This document shows positions 20,251 through 30,517 of a stretch of DNA of 64,000 nucleotides, one piece after another. The notes under the pieces were generated by a model. It ran no database searches. It had not been told where the DNA came from and was given only the letters and a program-made list of their open reading frames with translations. The position numbers and the translations under genes were made by a program. Every line of letters starts with the position of its first letter. Within the stretch, counting starts at the first letter, position 1. This DNA is from Rubripirellula sp. (GTDB taxonomy: Bacteria > Planctomycetota > Planctomycetia > Pirellulales > Pirellulaceae), in the NCBI GenBank assembly GCA_965216875.1, contig OZ244207.1:512001-576000 (forward strand), read 5' to 3'.

Positions 20251-22482
20251 ATGCCGCGAACGATCGCCCTCGCTGCTGCATTGTTGATTGCATGTAGTGC
20301 AGCTGCGCAGACCGACGTTGAGAAGGAACAAGGCAGCAAGCGCGACGAGCTGACGGTCAAAGAGTTGATCGAGAAGATCAAGCCGTCTGTGGTCACGATT
20401 CGTGTATCAGGGCGCGATGGAACGACTGTCGGCATGGGGACGGGATTCATTATCTCCGAGGACGGACTCGTTGCAACCAACTTGCACGTGATCGACGAAG
20501 GACGCGAGTTCTCGATTCAAACACGTGAAGGACGCCGTTTGCCGGTTGAAACTATCGAGGCGACCGATCGTGCCGGCGACCTTGCCCTGGTGCGCGTCAA
20601 GACAGAAGAGTCGCTGCCGTCGATTCCGCTTGCCGTCGAGGCAGAGCCGGATCAAGGTCTGCGCGTGCTTGCCTTTGGGAATCCTCTTGGGCTTGAGAAC
20701 AGCGTGGTCGAAGGGATTGTGTCTGCTGTTCGCGAAGTTGAAGGTCGGCGAATGATCCAGCTTGCCATGCCGATCCAAACCGGCAATAGCGGCGGGCCGA
20801 TCGTCGACATGCAGGGACGCGCACGCGGGATCGTGAATATGAAGTCGGCGGTCGATGACAACCTTGGATTCGCCATTCCCGTCGCCCAGCTTCGACCACT
20901 GCAAGAATCCCCCAACCCGATCAAGTTCGATCGATGGGTCATGCTTGGCCGCATTGATGGCCAAGACTGGAAGCCGGTTTTCGGTTCGAAATGGCAACAG
21001 CGCGGCGGGATCCTTTCGGCACGCGGCTACGGAACAAGCTTTGGCGGTCGCTCGCTCTGTTTGTCAACGATCGATGAACCAGAGCTGCCCTACGATGTCG
21101 AAGTCTTTGTCAAACTCGATGATGAATCGGGGGCAGCTGGATTGGCTTTCTGCAGCGATGGGAAAGACCGCCACTACGGTTTCTATCCCTCAAGCGGACG
21201 CGTTCGGCTGACCTGTTTCAAAGGGCCAACCGTCCAGTCTTGGGAGATCCTTGATGACCAACCGTCGCAACACTATCTGCCTGGTGCGTGGAACAAATTA
21301 CGGATTCGCCGAGAGCCCAAACGACTGCAGTGTTTCCTGAACGAACACTTGATCTTTGATTCGACGGACGACCAACTCGCGAGCGGACAACTCGGTCTGG
21401 TCAAGTTTCGAGGCACCAATCCAGACTTCAAAGGGTTTCGCGTTGGAAAAGATCTGGCGCCGAAACCGCTATCGGAATTTGCCCAGCAGTGGCTCACGAA
21501 ACTCGATGCCGACTCGAAGCTGGGGCAGACGGCAACGCGCGATGACGTCGCAAAGCTCAGTGAAAGTGACGAAGCGAGCTCACGGGCAATCTTGCAACGC
21601 GCACGGCAACTCAAACAGCAAGCCGAAGAACTTGAAAAGCTTGCCGCTGATGTTCGAACCGCGCCGACTCTGAATGAGCTGGCCAAACTTTTTGACGCCA
21701 ATACAAACAGTCCGGATGCGTTGCTGCGGGGAGCGTTGCTGGTCGCTGCGCTTGACGATCCCGATGTCGACGTTGACGCATACGTCCAACGCGTCGAAGC
21801 AATGGCCAACGAGATCTCCTCGGGGCTCGATGAAGACGTGGACGAAGAGGTTCGTCTGGCCGCGCTCGACCAATACTTGTTCCAGGAGAACGGTTTTCAT
21901 GGAGGGCGAATGGAATACTATCATCCGGCCAATAGTCACCTGAACCGTGTGATCGACGAACGCGAAGGTTTGCCGATCACGATGTCGATTCTCTACATCG
22001 AGCTTGGTAAACGTCTTCGTCTCAAGATTGAAGGCATCGGACTTCCAGGTCACTTCGTGGTTGGTCATGTGACGGAGAAAGGCGAAGAGACAAAGACTCA
22101 GCTGATCGATGTGTTCAATCGTGGCCAAAAGATGTCACAGGAAGAAGCTGCATTGATGGTCGCCACCGGTGGTCGACGACTGATCGCGTCTGATCTCGAG
22201 CCGCAGTCGACCCAGCAAATCTTGACGCGCGTGGTCCGTAATTTGATGGGGATTGCGGGAAATCAAGGCGACACCGAAGCCCTCGCCCGATACTGCGAAG
22301 CATTGGTCGCGGTGAACCCCAAGGACGCGGAATTCCGGTTTCTGCGAGCCCAAGCACGAGCGCTTAGCGGTCGCCGCACGGCCGCCCACGAGGATGCCGA
22401 TTGGCTTATCGATAACGCACCAGGCGGCTTTGACGTTCACCAAGCGATCCGCCTCAAACAAGCAATCGACGCTCAACCCTAA
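20251..22482 (+). CDS. Trypsin-like serine protease fused to DUF1080-like, SirB1/transglutaminase-like and TPR domains
   Basis: Catalytic triad contexts ATNLHV, DLALV and GNSGGP. SirB1-like YYHPANSHLNRVIDEREGLPITMSILYIELG...GIGLPGHFVV. Signal peptide. Confidence 0.85.
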   Translation: MPRTIALAAALLIACSAAAQTDVEKEQGSKRDELTVKELIEKIKPSVVTIRVSGRDGTTVGMGTGFIISEDGLVATNLHVIDEGREFSIQTREGRRLPVETIEATDRAGDLALVRVKTEESLPSIPLAVEAEPDQGLRVLAFGNPLGLENSVVEGIVSAVREVEGRRMIQLAMPIQTGNSGGPIVDMQGRARGIVNMKSAVDDNLGFAIPVAQLRPLQESPNPIKFDRWVMLGRIDGQDWKPVFGSKWQQRGGILSARGYGTSFGGRSLCLSTIDEPELPYDVEVFVKLDDESGAAGLAFCSDGKDRHYGFYPSSGRVRLTCFKGPTVQSWEILDDQPSQHYLPGAWNKLRIRREPKRLQCFLNEHLIFDSTDDQLASGQLGLVKFRGTNPDFKGFRVGKDLAPKPLSEFAQQWLTKLDADSKLGQTATRDDVAKLSESDEASSRAILQRARQLKQQAEELEKLAADVRTAPTLNELAKLFDANTNSPDALLRGALLVAALDDPDVDVDAYVQRVEAMANEISSGLDEDVDEEVRLAALDQYLFQENGFHGGRMEYYHPANSHLNRVIDEREGLPITMSILYIELGKRLRLKIEGIGLPGHFVVGHVTEKGEETKTQLIDVFNRGQKMSQEEAALMVATGGRRLIASDLEPQSTQQILTRVVRNLMGIAGNQGDTEALARYCEALVAVNPKDAEFRFLRAQARALSGRRTAAHEDADWLIDNAPGGFDVHQAIRLKQAIDAQP

Positions 22483-22484
22483 TC

Positions 22485-23480
22485 ATGCTTGTTACGCCGC
22501 TTCATAACCGCCGCAACCGATTCGTTGCTTGGATCGTCTGCGTCGTTGTGGTGGCGGCCATTGTCGCGTTGTCGTCGGCAACCTCGCTACTCGCGTTGGT
22601 GCTCCTGGCGCTGATACCGGTTGTCTATTGGCTCGTACGCCGAAAAACGTTACGCCGCCGAACCGTGATTGCAGGGCCCTTTCCACCGCAATGGGAAGTT
22701 TGCCTGAATCGAGACGTCGAGTTCTTTCGGCGGCTTGATGAGGACCAGAAGCAGCGGTTTCGCGATATGGTCAAAGTGTTTATCGACGAGACGCCGATCA
22801 CCGGGATCCGCACCGAGGTTGACGACCAAACTCGTGTTCTCGTTGCCGCGAGTGCGATCATACCTGTCTTCGGTTTTGACGATTGGGAATACAGCGGACT
22901 CGGCGAAGTGCTGATCTATCCGAGCGCCTTTGACGAAAACTATGCAGCGGAAGTCGGAGGCGACGGAAACATTTTGGGCATGGTTGGCGTCAACCATCTC
23001 TCGGGCGTGATGATCCTGTCCAAGCCCGCGCTGATTTCAGGTTTTGCAAATCCCGGCGACAAACGCAACGTCGGCATTCATGAATTCGCACACCTCGTCG
23101 ACAAAGCCGATGGTTCGGTTGATGGGCTTCCTGCTGGGATTCCCGCGGCGACGGTTGCCCCATGGATTCAATGGGTCGCAGAGGAACTCGATCAGGGGGA
23201 TCGGCGCGGTCATCACATCGATGGCTACGCGTACACAAATCAAGCGGAATACCTCGCGGTCTTGACCGAGTACTTTTTCGAAGAACCCGAGACGCTCCAA
23301 CGCAAGAATCCGCAGCTCTACGAGATGCTGCAATCGATCTACCGCCAAGACACCAAGTCATTCCTCGCCGGTGCCCTGCCCAAGCGTCGCGGACGAGTCG
23401 GACGCAACAGCCCCTGTCTGTGCGGCAGCGGAAAGAAGTTCAAACGTTGCTGCGGTAACCGTCGTAAGAAACGCAAGTAG
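22485..23480 (+). CDS. MtfA/peptidase M90 zinc peptidase with C-terminal SEC-C motif
   Basis: VLIYPSAF, NVGIHEFAHLVD and YAYTNQAEYLAVLTEYFFE. C-terminal GRNSPCLCGSGKKFKRCCG. Confidence 0.9.
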   Translation: MLVTPLHNRRNRFVAWIVCVVVVAAIVALSSATSLLALVLLALIPVVYWLVRRKTLRRRTVIAGPFPPQWEVCLNRDVEFFRRLDEDQKQRFRDMVKVFIDETPITGIRTEVDDQTRVLVAASAIIPVFGFDDWEYSGLGEVLIYPSAFDENYAAEVGGDGNILGMVGVNHLSGVMILSKPALISGFANPGDKRNVGIHEFAHLVDKADGSVDGLPAGIPAATVAPWIQWVAEELDQGDRRGHHIDGYAYTNQAEYLAVLTEYFFEEPETLQRKNPQLYEMLQSIYRQDTKSFLAGALPKRRGRVGRNSPCLCGSGKKFKRCCGNRRKKRK

Positions 23481-23492
23481 GCCGTGAGTTTT

Positions 23493-23578
23493 GTAGGGTG
23501 TGTGCTTGCACGCACCGCTGATCATCGCTGGCAATACCGTCATTTGCGTCGATTGGTGCGTGCAAGCACACACCCTAT
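23493..23578. repeat. GTAG REP doublet (inverted pair)
   Basis: GTAGGGTGTGTGCTTGCACGCACC ... GGTGCGTGCAAGCACACACCCTAT. Same family as 42925-43005 and related to 29163-29227. Confidence 0.85.
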
Positions 23579-23599
23579 TTTGCGACCAAAAAAACGAAC

Positions 23600-23645
23600 T
23601 TGACATTACTACACCCAGTAGTAAAAATTACGCAAGTGTAAGTAA
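23600..23645 (+). promoter_or_regulatory. Sigma70-like promoter overlapped by a palindromic BlaI-type operator
   Basis: TTGACA at 23600-23605 directly followed by the perfect palindrome TTACTAC-N5-GTAGTAA (23606-23624) and a second imperfect site TTACGCAAGTGTAA, upstream of the BlaI-like gene. Confidence 0.7.
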
Positions 23646-23674
23646 ACGCTTTTGTCGTTCGTTGCGGGGGAATC

Positions 23675-24058
23675 ATGAAACGCCCTTCCAAAGGTGACCT
23701 GGAGCTGCTGAGCCTACTGTGGCAACAGGGGCCTATTTCTCTTTCTCAGGCCCACGAGCAGCTGCCGGACGATGTCGCCTACACGACCGTCCAAACTCGC
23801 CTGAATCGACTTGTCGAAAAGGGACTCGCGACTCGCGAAAAGGTTGGCCGCCAGCCGATGCGATACAGCGCCGCGGTAGGCCCTGAAGAGATCGACACCA
23901 GCCAGCTCGACTCGCTCGTCCAACGAATCGCGGGCGGCTCCGTTTTGCCGCTCGTCGCACATCTGGTTCAGAAAAACGACTTCACGGCGACCGAGCTTTC
24001 CGAACTCAAGAAGCTTGTTCGCGACGCCGAAAAGCGATCGAAGGAGGGGGACAAATGA
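23675..24058 (+). CDS. BlaI/MecI/CopY family transcriptional repressor
   Basis: LELLSLLW...YTTVQTRLNRLVEKG winged HTH and C-terminal GGSVLPLVAHLV...ELSELKKLV. Confidence 0.92.
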   Translation: MKRPSKGDLELLSLLWQQGPISLSQAHEQLPDDVAYTTVQTRLNRLVEKGLATREKVGRQPMRYSAAVGPEEIDTSQLDSLVQRIAGGSVLPLVAHLVQKNDFTATELSELKKLVRDAEKRSKEGDK

Positions 24059-26553
24059 TCTGGGAAACGTTGCTTGATTATTCCCCGAACCTGTTGCGTG
24101 GTTCCTTGTTGCTTGCCGTCGCCTCCTGCCTTGCGATTGGCGGGACAAAATGGCTTGGCGATGTGGGTGGGCCAACAGCGAGCCTGGTTTGGTCGATGGT
24201 TTTGATCACCGGCATGATCGTGGTTCCCGCGCATTTGCAGGTGGCATGGTACGCTCCCCCGGAACCGACGTCGTCCGAGTGGGCCTCACCTGCGACCACG
24301 TTGCCGCAGGCGGAGAGCTCCGCAGCGGTTTCACGAGCGCATATCGATAGCGGCGTTGCACATGCGACGGTCGCACCACACCACGCCGAATCACCCAGCA
24401 AGACGCCATCGATTGGGATCGCTTCCGTGTGTGTCGCGTTGTGGTTGATCGGATCGGCTTTGCTGTTGGTCGTTTCCACTGCTTCGTATGCCGGTCTGTT
24501 GATTTCGCTGCGCCGCTGTTGGCGACCACAAAAAGATTGGTTGGACGAATACGAGCGAGTCTCGCATCAGTTTGGAACCACGTCACCACCGCGGCTTGTT
24601 GTTCATCCGACCCTGGGGCCGTTCCTTTGTATGACGCCGCTGGGAAACAGGCTTGTCATTCCTGCTGACCAATGGTCGTTGCTCAGTCAACATCAGCGAG
24701 AAGCGGTGATCCGGCACGAGCTTGCCCACCACCGTCGTCGGGATCTGCTGCGTTCTTTGCCGGCCCAGTTGGTTGTCCTCGTGCATTGGTTCAACCCGTT
24801 TGCTTGGTACGCCGCGCGGCGTCTCGAGGAAAACGCCGAAATCGCGGCTGACGCACAGGCGATTGGACAAAGTGGCCAGCACGCCGGTGATCTTGCAGCA
24901 GCGTTATTGACGCTTTCGCAAGGGACGTCGCGCTCGCTACTCATTGCGTCCGCAGCACGGCCACGTGGTTTGAAGCGTCGATTGCAGCAATTAGCAGGGC
25001 ATTCAACTCACCAAACTAATGGTTCCCTCGCAAAACGAGCCGCTGTGATCGTCGCGATGCTGAGTCTGCTTATGGTTTCAAGCGTTCAGATTCAATTGGT
25101 CGCGCAAGAGGCTCAAAACGGTTCCGGCGATTCGCAGCCGCCAGCCGTATCGATCGAGACAGCAAAGGATCTTGCCGGACAACTCGCGATCGATGACGAG
25201 CTGACGCAGTCGCTTCATGATGCCTTGCAAACGCGACCGGGCACGATCGTTTTGCGTGATCGCGTTGGAGCGTACGAAAACGCGGCGCGGCTCCTCGCTC
25301 GCTACGAAGCGGTTCCCAAGTTCTTCGAAGAGAACTTTACTCGAACCGACAATGGTCTTGCGCTAAGGGAAGATCGCAAGGACCTCTACCTCCGATTGGC
25401 GACGGAGTCCAAGAAGCTTAACGATGACATCGACAAGCTGAAAAAGTCGATGCGAGACAAGGCGGCAGCGCTGAAGGTTGAATCGGATCTCGACAAGCTG
25501 GTGCATCGATTCCTCGTTGATGATGCGACACCCGTCATCCTGTACTCGCGTCAAATCCGAACGCAGCTGGCCGGCATGCAAAGTCTCGAGCGGGTCTATG
25601 CCGATGTGATCGCCAAACGTGCGGACGGGAAATATGCACTGCGTCCCGACGCGCGAGAACAAACCGAGGCGAGAATCCAGCAGTTTGAAAAACGCAGAAA
25701 GTTGATCGAGCGGTTGCAGCAGGACCTTGTCGACTTTGCCGACGATATCGCGCCGACCGATCCGATGCACCAAGACCTCAAACGCTTGCTCGCTCACCCG
25801 ATTGTCACGACGCAGTTGGCGTTGCCACTGATCGATTCGGACCAGCCACCGCGTCAACTCTCCGAACGAATCATTGGCCAATTCGACAACTCCTTCGTTG
25901 AAGGCGCTGAGGGATTGCAAATGCGCGACGAAGTGGCCGAGAACATCAAGCGGATGGTGGTTTCGATGCAACGCGTCGTGGACGTCACCGAAGGACTCCG
26001 AGAACCGCTCCGGCAATTCGTCAGTCAGATGACCGAAGAGACCGAGCTTGATCGTAAATTGAAAAGGGCGATGGGCATGGAGATCACGCTCGTTCGCACT
26101 GCGAGTCGTGTTCAATATGCCGGCTCGGATGTTTCGGTCGCTGTTGATCGCTATTTCGCGAGCTTCCTTTCTGAGGATGACAATGGGACGCTAACAATCA
26201 ACACGTCCAACGTCACCGAGCAACAGATCACAGGCTTGGTGTCAGGCATTTTCCGTGAGGCTCGTATCGCCCGACGTCGCGGCCGCGAAGTGACCGAGTT
26301 GACCGAATTGATCACCGATCAAGTGCTCAAGGAAGTGATGATGTCGCCAGGAGGAAAGATTGCCATCGGTGATGCGTTGCGCGACGCTTTGGCGCAAACG
26401 GCGACCAACGGACTTGATCAATGGATCGCCGATCATTTGGCTGAGGTCGAAAATGGTCGGTACAGCATCCTGGAAGAACGCCGGCCAGCGATCGTCGAGT
26501 TCGTGAGGCAGGTCGATGACCTCAAACGAGAGAGCGAAAATGCGGATTTTTAG
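24055..26553 (+). CDS. BlaR1-like M56 metallopeptidase with a long helical extracytoplasmic domain
   Basis: TM helices, HELAH zinc motif, HWFNPFAW and EIAAD. ATGA overlap with the BlaI-like gene. Confidence 0.9.
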   Translation: MIWETLLDYSPNLLRGSLLLAVASCLAIGGTKWLGDVGGPTASLVWSMVLITGMIVVPAHLQVAWYAPPEPTSSEWASPATTLPQAESSAAVSRAHIDSGVAHATVAPHHAESPSKTPSIGIASVCVALWLIGSALLLVVSTASYAGLLISLRRCWRPQKDWLDEYERVSHQFGTTSPPRLVVHPTLGPFLCMTPLGNRLVIPADQWSLLSQHQREAVIRHELAHHRRRDLLRSLPAQLVVLVHWFNPFAWYAARRLEENAEIAADAQAIGQSGQHAGDLAAALLTLSQGTSRSLLIASAARPRGLKRRLQQLAGHSTHQTNGSLAKRAAVIVAMLSLLMVSSVQIQLVAQEAQNGSGDSQPPAVSIETAKDLAGQLAIDDELTQSLHDALQTRPGTIVLRDRVGAYENAARLLARYEAVPKFFEENFTRTDNGLALREDRKDLYLRLATESKKLNDDIDKLKKSMRDKAAALKVESDLDKLVHRFLVDDATPVILYSRQIRTQLAGMQSLERVYADVIAKRADGKYALRPDAREQTEARIQQFEKRRKLIERLQQDLVDFADDIAPTDPMHQDLKRLLAHPIVTTQLALPLIDSDQPPRQLSERIIGQFDNSFVEGAEGLQMRDEVAENIKRMVVSMQRVVDVTEGLREPLRQFVSQMTEETELDRKLKRAMGMEITLVRTASRVQYAGSDVSVAVDRYFASFLSEDDNGTLTINTSNVTEQQITGLVSGIFREARIARRRGREVTELTELITDQVLKEVMMSPGGKIAIGDALRDALAQTATNGLDQWIADHLAEVENGRYSILEERRPAIVEFVRQVDDLKRESENADF

Positions 26554-27880
26554 CTGTGCTCTCTGCATTGCAATCTCGTTGGCGGGAAATGGCTGGGGCG
26601 GCGAGATCGATGACTTTCTGGCGACTGCCCACCGTAAGGCCGGCGTCAAAGCAGCGCCGGTATGTTCGGACGATGAATTCCTAAGACGCATCAGCCTCGA
26701 TCTGATGGGGCGGATCCCAACACGTCAGGAATTGGTTGATTTTCGACAACGCCCCGATCGTCGCGCAAAGATTGAGGAGCTTTTGGCCAGTGAGGATTTC
26801 CCACGGTTCTGGGCCGAAGTTTGGACGGCGTCGCTTGTTGGTTACCGCACGCGCGCCTTCAACGTGAGTCGCGAGCCGCTCCGCAAGTGGCTCGAAGAAT
26901 CATTTGCCGATGATGTCGGCTACGACGAGATTGCGGGCGAGTTGATCGCGGCCGAGGGCGAGTCTGCGTTTGATGGTCCGGTGAACTTTGTTGTGCGTCA
27001 TCGAGAACAACCCGCCGTCAAGGTGTCACGCTTCTTTCTCGGTGTGCAACTTGATTGTGCTCGATGCCACGACCATCCGTTCGATCGCTGGACGAGTGAG
27101 GATTTCGAAAAGTTCAACCAGTTTTTTCGCAGCGCAACCTATTCGCCGGTCTCGCAGCGGAACATTCGCGTCATCGAAACGCCTCGCAACGTGCGCGAAG
27201 AAGATAAACCGCGATTCCTGACCGGTGCCGAGCCGACCACAAACCGTTGGCGTGATGAGCTTGCCTTTTTCGTGACGACATGCAAACCGTTTGCAAGAAA
27301 CTACGCCAACCGAGTTTGGTACCAGTTGCTCGGACGCGGCATCGTTGATCCGCCCGACAGCTTTGTCGACGGAGCTGCGGTTGCTCCCGAGCTGCTTGAA
27401 TTCTTTGCCCAACAAACTCGCGACGATGATTTCGAGCTCCGTCCACTGGTGCGAATGATTTGCCAATCGGATGCCTACCAGCGGGAATCAGGTCACTCGA
27501 ATCTCTCCGAGCAAGCCAACGCGTTGTTCGCGAGTTATGTCCCCAAACCGATGACGACTGTCCAGCTTCTCAATTCACTCGAGACCGCAACGGGCATCCG
27601 GCTAAGCAGCACCGAGCGCGGACGTAGGCTCGCACGAACGCTTCAATCTTCGATCGACGATGACTTCAGCCAGACATGGAACTATCGCGATACCGTTCAA
27701 AACGTGATGCAGCGACTGGTCGAAGAACATGAGTTTCGCGATTCAAGCATCCACGCGTTGTACGAAAAGATTCTCAGTCGCAGCCCCACTCCGAGCGAAC
27801 TCAGCCTCTGTCGTGGCCGCAACAAATCGCAAATTGTGTTTGCGTTGATCAACAGCAACGAATTTCGTTTCAATCACTGA
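26540..27880 (+). CDS. DUF1549/DUF1553 domain protein
   Basis: SDDEFLRRISLDLMGRIPT, FLGVQLDCARCHDHPFDRW, FARNYANRVWYQLLGRGIVDP and C-terminal NSNEFRFNH. Confidence 0.92.
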   Translation: MRIFSCALCIAISLAGNGWGGEIDDFLATAHRKAGVKAAPVCSDDEFLRRISLDLMGRIPTRQELVDFRQRPDRRAKIEELLASEDFPRFWAEVWTASLVGYRTRAFNVSREPLRKWLEESFADDVGYDEIAGELIAAEGESAFDGPVNFVVRHREQPAVKVSRFFLGVQLDCARCHDHPFDRWTSEDFEKFNQFFRSATYSPVSQRNIRVIETPRNVREEDKPRFLTGAEPTTNRWRDELAFFVTTCKPFARNYANRVWYQLLGRGIVDPPDSFVDGAAVAPELLEFFAQQTRDDDFELRPLVRMICQSDAYQRESGHSNLSEQANALFASYVPKPMTTVQLLNSLETATGIRLSSTERGRRLARTLQSSIDDDFSQTWNYRDTVQNVMQRLVEEHEFRDSSIHALYEKILSRSPTPSELSLCRGRNKSQIVFALINSNEFRFNH

Positions 27881-27914
27881 ACGTCGCGTACTTGAAAGAC
27901 AGGTGCACGGTCCA

Positions 27915-29153
27915 ATGTCCAAACAAACCATGTTTGAATCGACTCGGCGACAATTCTTGAGTTCGGTTTCGACCGGCGCTGCCCTGTTGGCAACGGCACG
28001 CCAGACGTTTGCTGAGGTTGCAGGGGGAAGCTCCAATTCACGCGCGAAACGATGCGTCGTCCTGTGGATGAACGGTGGCCCGAGTCAATTCGAGACTTTC
28101 GACCCCAAACCTGGTACCTCCACCGGCGGTCCGACCGAGGCGATTGCCACGAACGTGCCCGGCATCCATCTATCACAGCATCTACCACAACTGGCCAAAC
28201 GCGCTGACAAGCTTGCTGTGGTTCGCAGTGTGACATCCAACGAAGGAGAGCACGAACGCGCTCAGTACTATTTACATACCGGGTTTCAATTGGTTCCCGC
28301 TTTTCCGCGTCCAGCGTTGGGTTCGGTGATCTCGTTCCAGCAGGAGGCCACCGCGACCCCCAACTACGTATTGCTCGGTGACCAGTCGATTGGCCCGGCG
28401 TATTGTGGGCCCGATCATGCGGCCTTCGCGATCGAGAATGCAGATTCGGCAAAGCAATTGTTGGGACAGATCGAAAACCGAAACGCCGGCATTGATCTGC
28501 TTCGCCAGCTCGGGCAAGGCTTTGATGATCGAAATCGTTTTCCTGATGTTGAACGACGTTCGGCGATGCTGTCGAAGCTACAAAGCATCACCGAGACACC
28601 GTTTCGCAACTCACTTGACCTTGCTCAAGAAAAGGACGCAACGCGCATGCGTTATGGCGACCACCTCTTTGGTCGACGATGTTTGACGGCTCGAAGGTTG
28701 TTGGAAATTGGCGTGCCATTTGTTGAAGTGCAACTCAACGGCTGGGACACTCACACCGACAACTTCGCGCAAGTGCAACGATTGGCTCGGCCCATGGACC
28801 AAGCTTGGTCGGCACTGATGGATGATTTGGTTTCGTCTGGACTGTGGGACGACACCCTGATCCTTTGGATGGGAGACTTTGGACGCACGCCAATCATCAA
28901 TGCGAACAATGGAAGGGACCATTTCCCCAGCAGCACGCCGGTTGTGTTTTCCGGCGGCGCCGTCCGCGGCGGTCAGGTGATTGGTCAGACCAACGCGGAC
29001 GGCACCGCGATCGATGGAAAGACGCATCGTGTTGCCGAGGTGGCAGCGACGCTGCTTTCGCGATTGGGCGTTGCGCCCGACCAGACCTTTCAGACCTCCT
29101 TTGGCAGCCCAACCGAGGCGACCGACGATGGGATCCCGATCGAATCGCTCTAG
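27915..29153 (+). CDS. DUF1501 domain protein (Tat)
   Basis: TRRQFL, WMNGGPSQFETFDPKP, ARRLLEIGVPFV, GWDTH and GDFGRTP. Confidence 0.93.
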   Translation: MSKQTMFESTRRQFLSSVSTGAALLATARQTFAEVAGGSSNSRAKRCVVLWMNGGPSQFETFDPKPGTSTGGPTEAIATNVPGIHLSQHLPQLAKRADKLAVVRSVTSNEGEHERAQYYLHTGFQLVPAFPRPALGSVISFQQEATATPNYVLLGDQSIGPAYCGPDHAAFAIENADSAKQLLGQIENRNAGIDLLRQLGQGFDDRNRFPDVERRSAMLSKLQSITETPFRNSLDLAQEKDATRMRYGDHLFGRRCLTARRLLEIGVPFVEVQLNGWDTHTDNFAQVQRLARPMDQAWSALMDDLVSSGLWDDTLILWMGDFGRTPIINANNGRDHFPSSTPVVFSGGAVRGGQVIGQTNADGTAIDGKTHRVAEVAATLLSRLGVAPDQTFQTSFGSPTEATDDGIPIESL

Positions 29154-29162
29154 AACAGGCAA

Positions 29163-29227
29163 GTAGGGCGTGTGCTCGCAGGCACAGAACGCTCCCGCAC
29201 TGTGTTGCGTGCCAGTAAACGCCCTAC
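29163..29227. repeat. GTAG REP-like inverted pair
   Basis: GTAGGGCGT...GGCAC / GTGCC...ACGCCCTAC directly downstream of the DUF1501 gene. Confidence 0.65.
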
Positions 29228-29437
29228 GAATCACTCGGGCTGCAACGCGGAATCAGCCGCGTAAACCCCGTCCTGGAAGGGGTTTAGGGCAACTTTCGAG
29301 GCCCCAAAGACAGATTCGCAATGGTGTGTACAATGGACTCCACGATGCCACCCGCCTGAATCGTTTCTTGATTCAACTCGTCCGCTGATGCGTTCGAGCC
29401 CAACTTCAGTTGAAAAGATTGTCAAAGGCAGAATTTG

Positions 29438-30517
29438 ATGAAGCCCTATTTGCGTTTTTGTGCCCTCTTTGCCGCGGTGCTGTCCGTATCGGTTGGTCTG
29501 GGCGCTTCGGTCGGATTGGCCGATTCCCACACTCTCCATTTCGCTCCGGCCGATGGCAAGGCAAACGGCAAGAAGGTCGTTCTGGTTGCGGGTGACGAAG
29601 AGTATCGCACCGAGGAAACCATGCCGATGCTCGGCAAGATCCTCAGTCAAACTCATGGTTTCGATTGCACCGTTGTCTTCGCTCACTCGGAAGACGGAAC
29701 CTACATCGATCCAAACAACCAACTTGGTCTTCGTGGACTCAAAGCACTCGATGATGCTGACTTGATGATCATCGGCACGCGATTCCGCAAACCGAACGAA
29801 GAAGAAGCTGCCCACGTCACCAAGTACCTCAACGCCGGCAAACCGATCATCGGGATTCGGACGTCAACACACGCGTTCAATGGTGACGGCACTTTCGGGG
29901 GCTCGCTCGCTTTCGCTGATTTTGGTCTGAACATTCTTGGCGAAAAATGGGTCAGCCATCACGGTGGGCACAAGAGGGAAGGTGCTCGGGGCTATGTCGA
30001 AGAGGGCAAGGCAGATCACCCCATCCTGAATTCGGTCAGCGATGTCTTTGCACTCAGTGACGTCTATGGCGTGATTCACTTGACCGATGCAGACAACATT
30101 TTGATGCGAGCGGCCGTCACGGAATCGCTCGAACCGAGCTCGAAGGACGTCGCGGGCAAAAAGAATGATCCGATGCAACCCTTCGCATGGATCCATCCAT
30201 ACACCGCGCCTTCGGGAACGGCCGGCAAATCGTTTTGCACCACGGGGGGCGCTTCGGTCGACTTTTTGAACGAAGGCCTGCGTCGCATGGTCGTCAACGC
30301 TGCCTTCCACATGACCGGAATGGAAGTCCCTGAAAAGGCAGACGTCGCTTTCGTCGATCCTTTCTATCCAAGCTTCTACGGTTTCATCCGCGAAAAGACT
30401 TGGTGGAAGGATGCCGACATGCAGCCGTCGGATTATGACCTGGGCAAGACACCGACTGCCAACGACCCCAAAGGAACTCCCAACTGGGATTTCTGGCGTC
30501 CTCAAAAAAAAAAGTAA
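29438..30517 (+). CDS. Secreted ThuA-like domain protein (5' half of a probable frameshifted gene)
   Basis: Signal peptide, KKVVLVAGDEEYRTEETMPMLGKILSQ, GIRTSTHAF and FCTTGGAS. Ends CAA AAA AAA AAG TAA within an A10 run. Confidence 0.88.
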   Translation: MKPYLRFCALFAAVLSVSVGLGASVGLADSHTLHFAPADGKANGKKVVLVAGDEEYRTEETMPMLGKILSQTHGFDCTVVFAHSEDGTYIDPNNQLGLRGLKALDDADLMIIGTRFRKPNEEEAAHVTKYLNAGKPIIGIRTSTHAFNGDGTFGGSLAFADFGLNILGEKWVSHHGGHKREGARGYVEEGKADHPILNSVSDVFALSDVYGVIHLTDADNILMRAAVTESLEPSSKDVAGKKNDPMQPFAWIHPYTAPSGTAGKSFCTTGGASVDFLNEGLRRMVVNAAFHMTGMEVPEKADVAFVDPFYPSFYGFIREKTWWKDADMQPSDYDLGKTPTANDPKGTPNWDFWRPQKKK

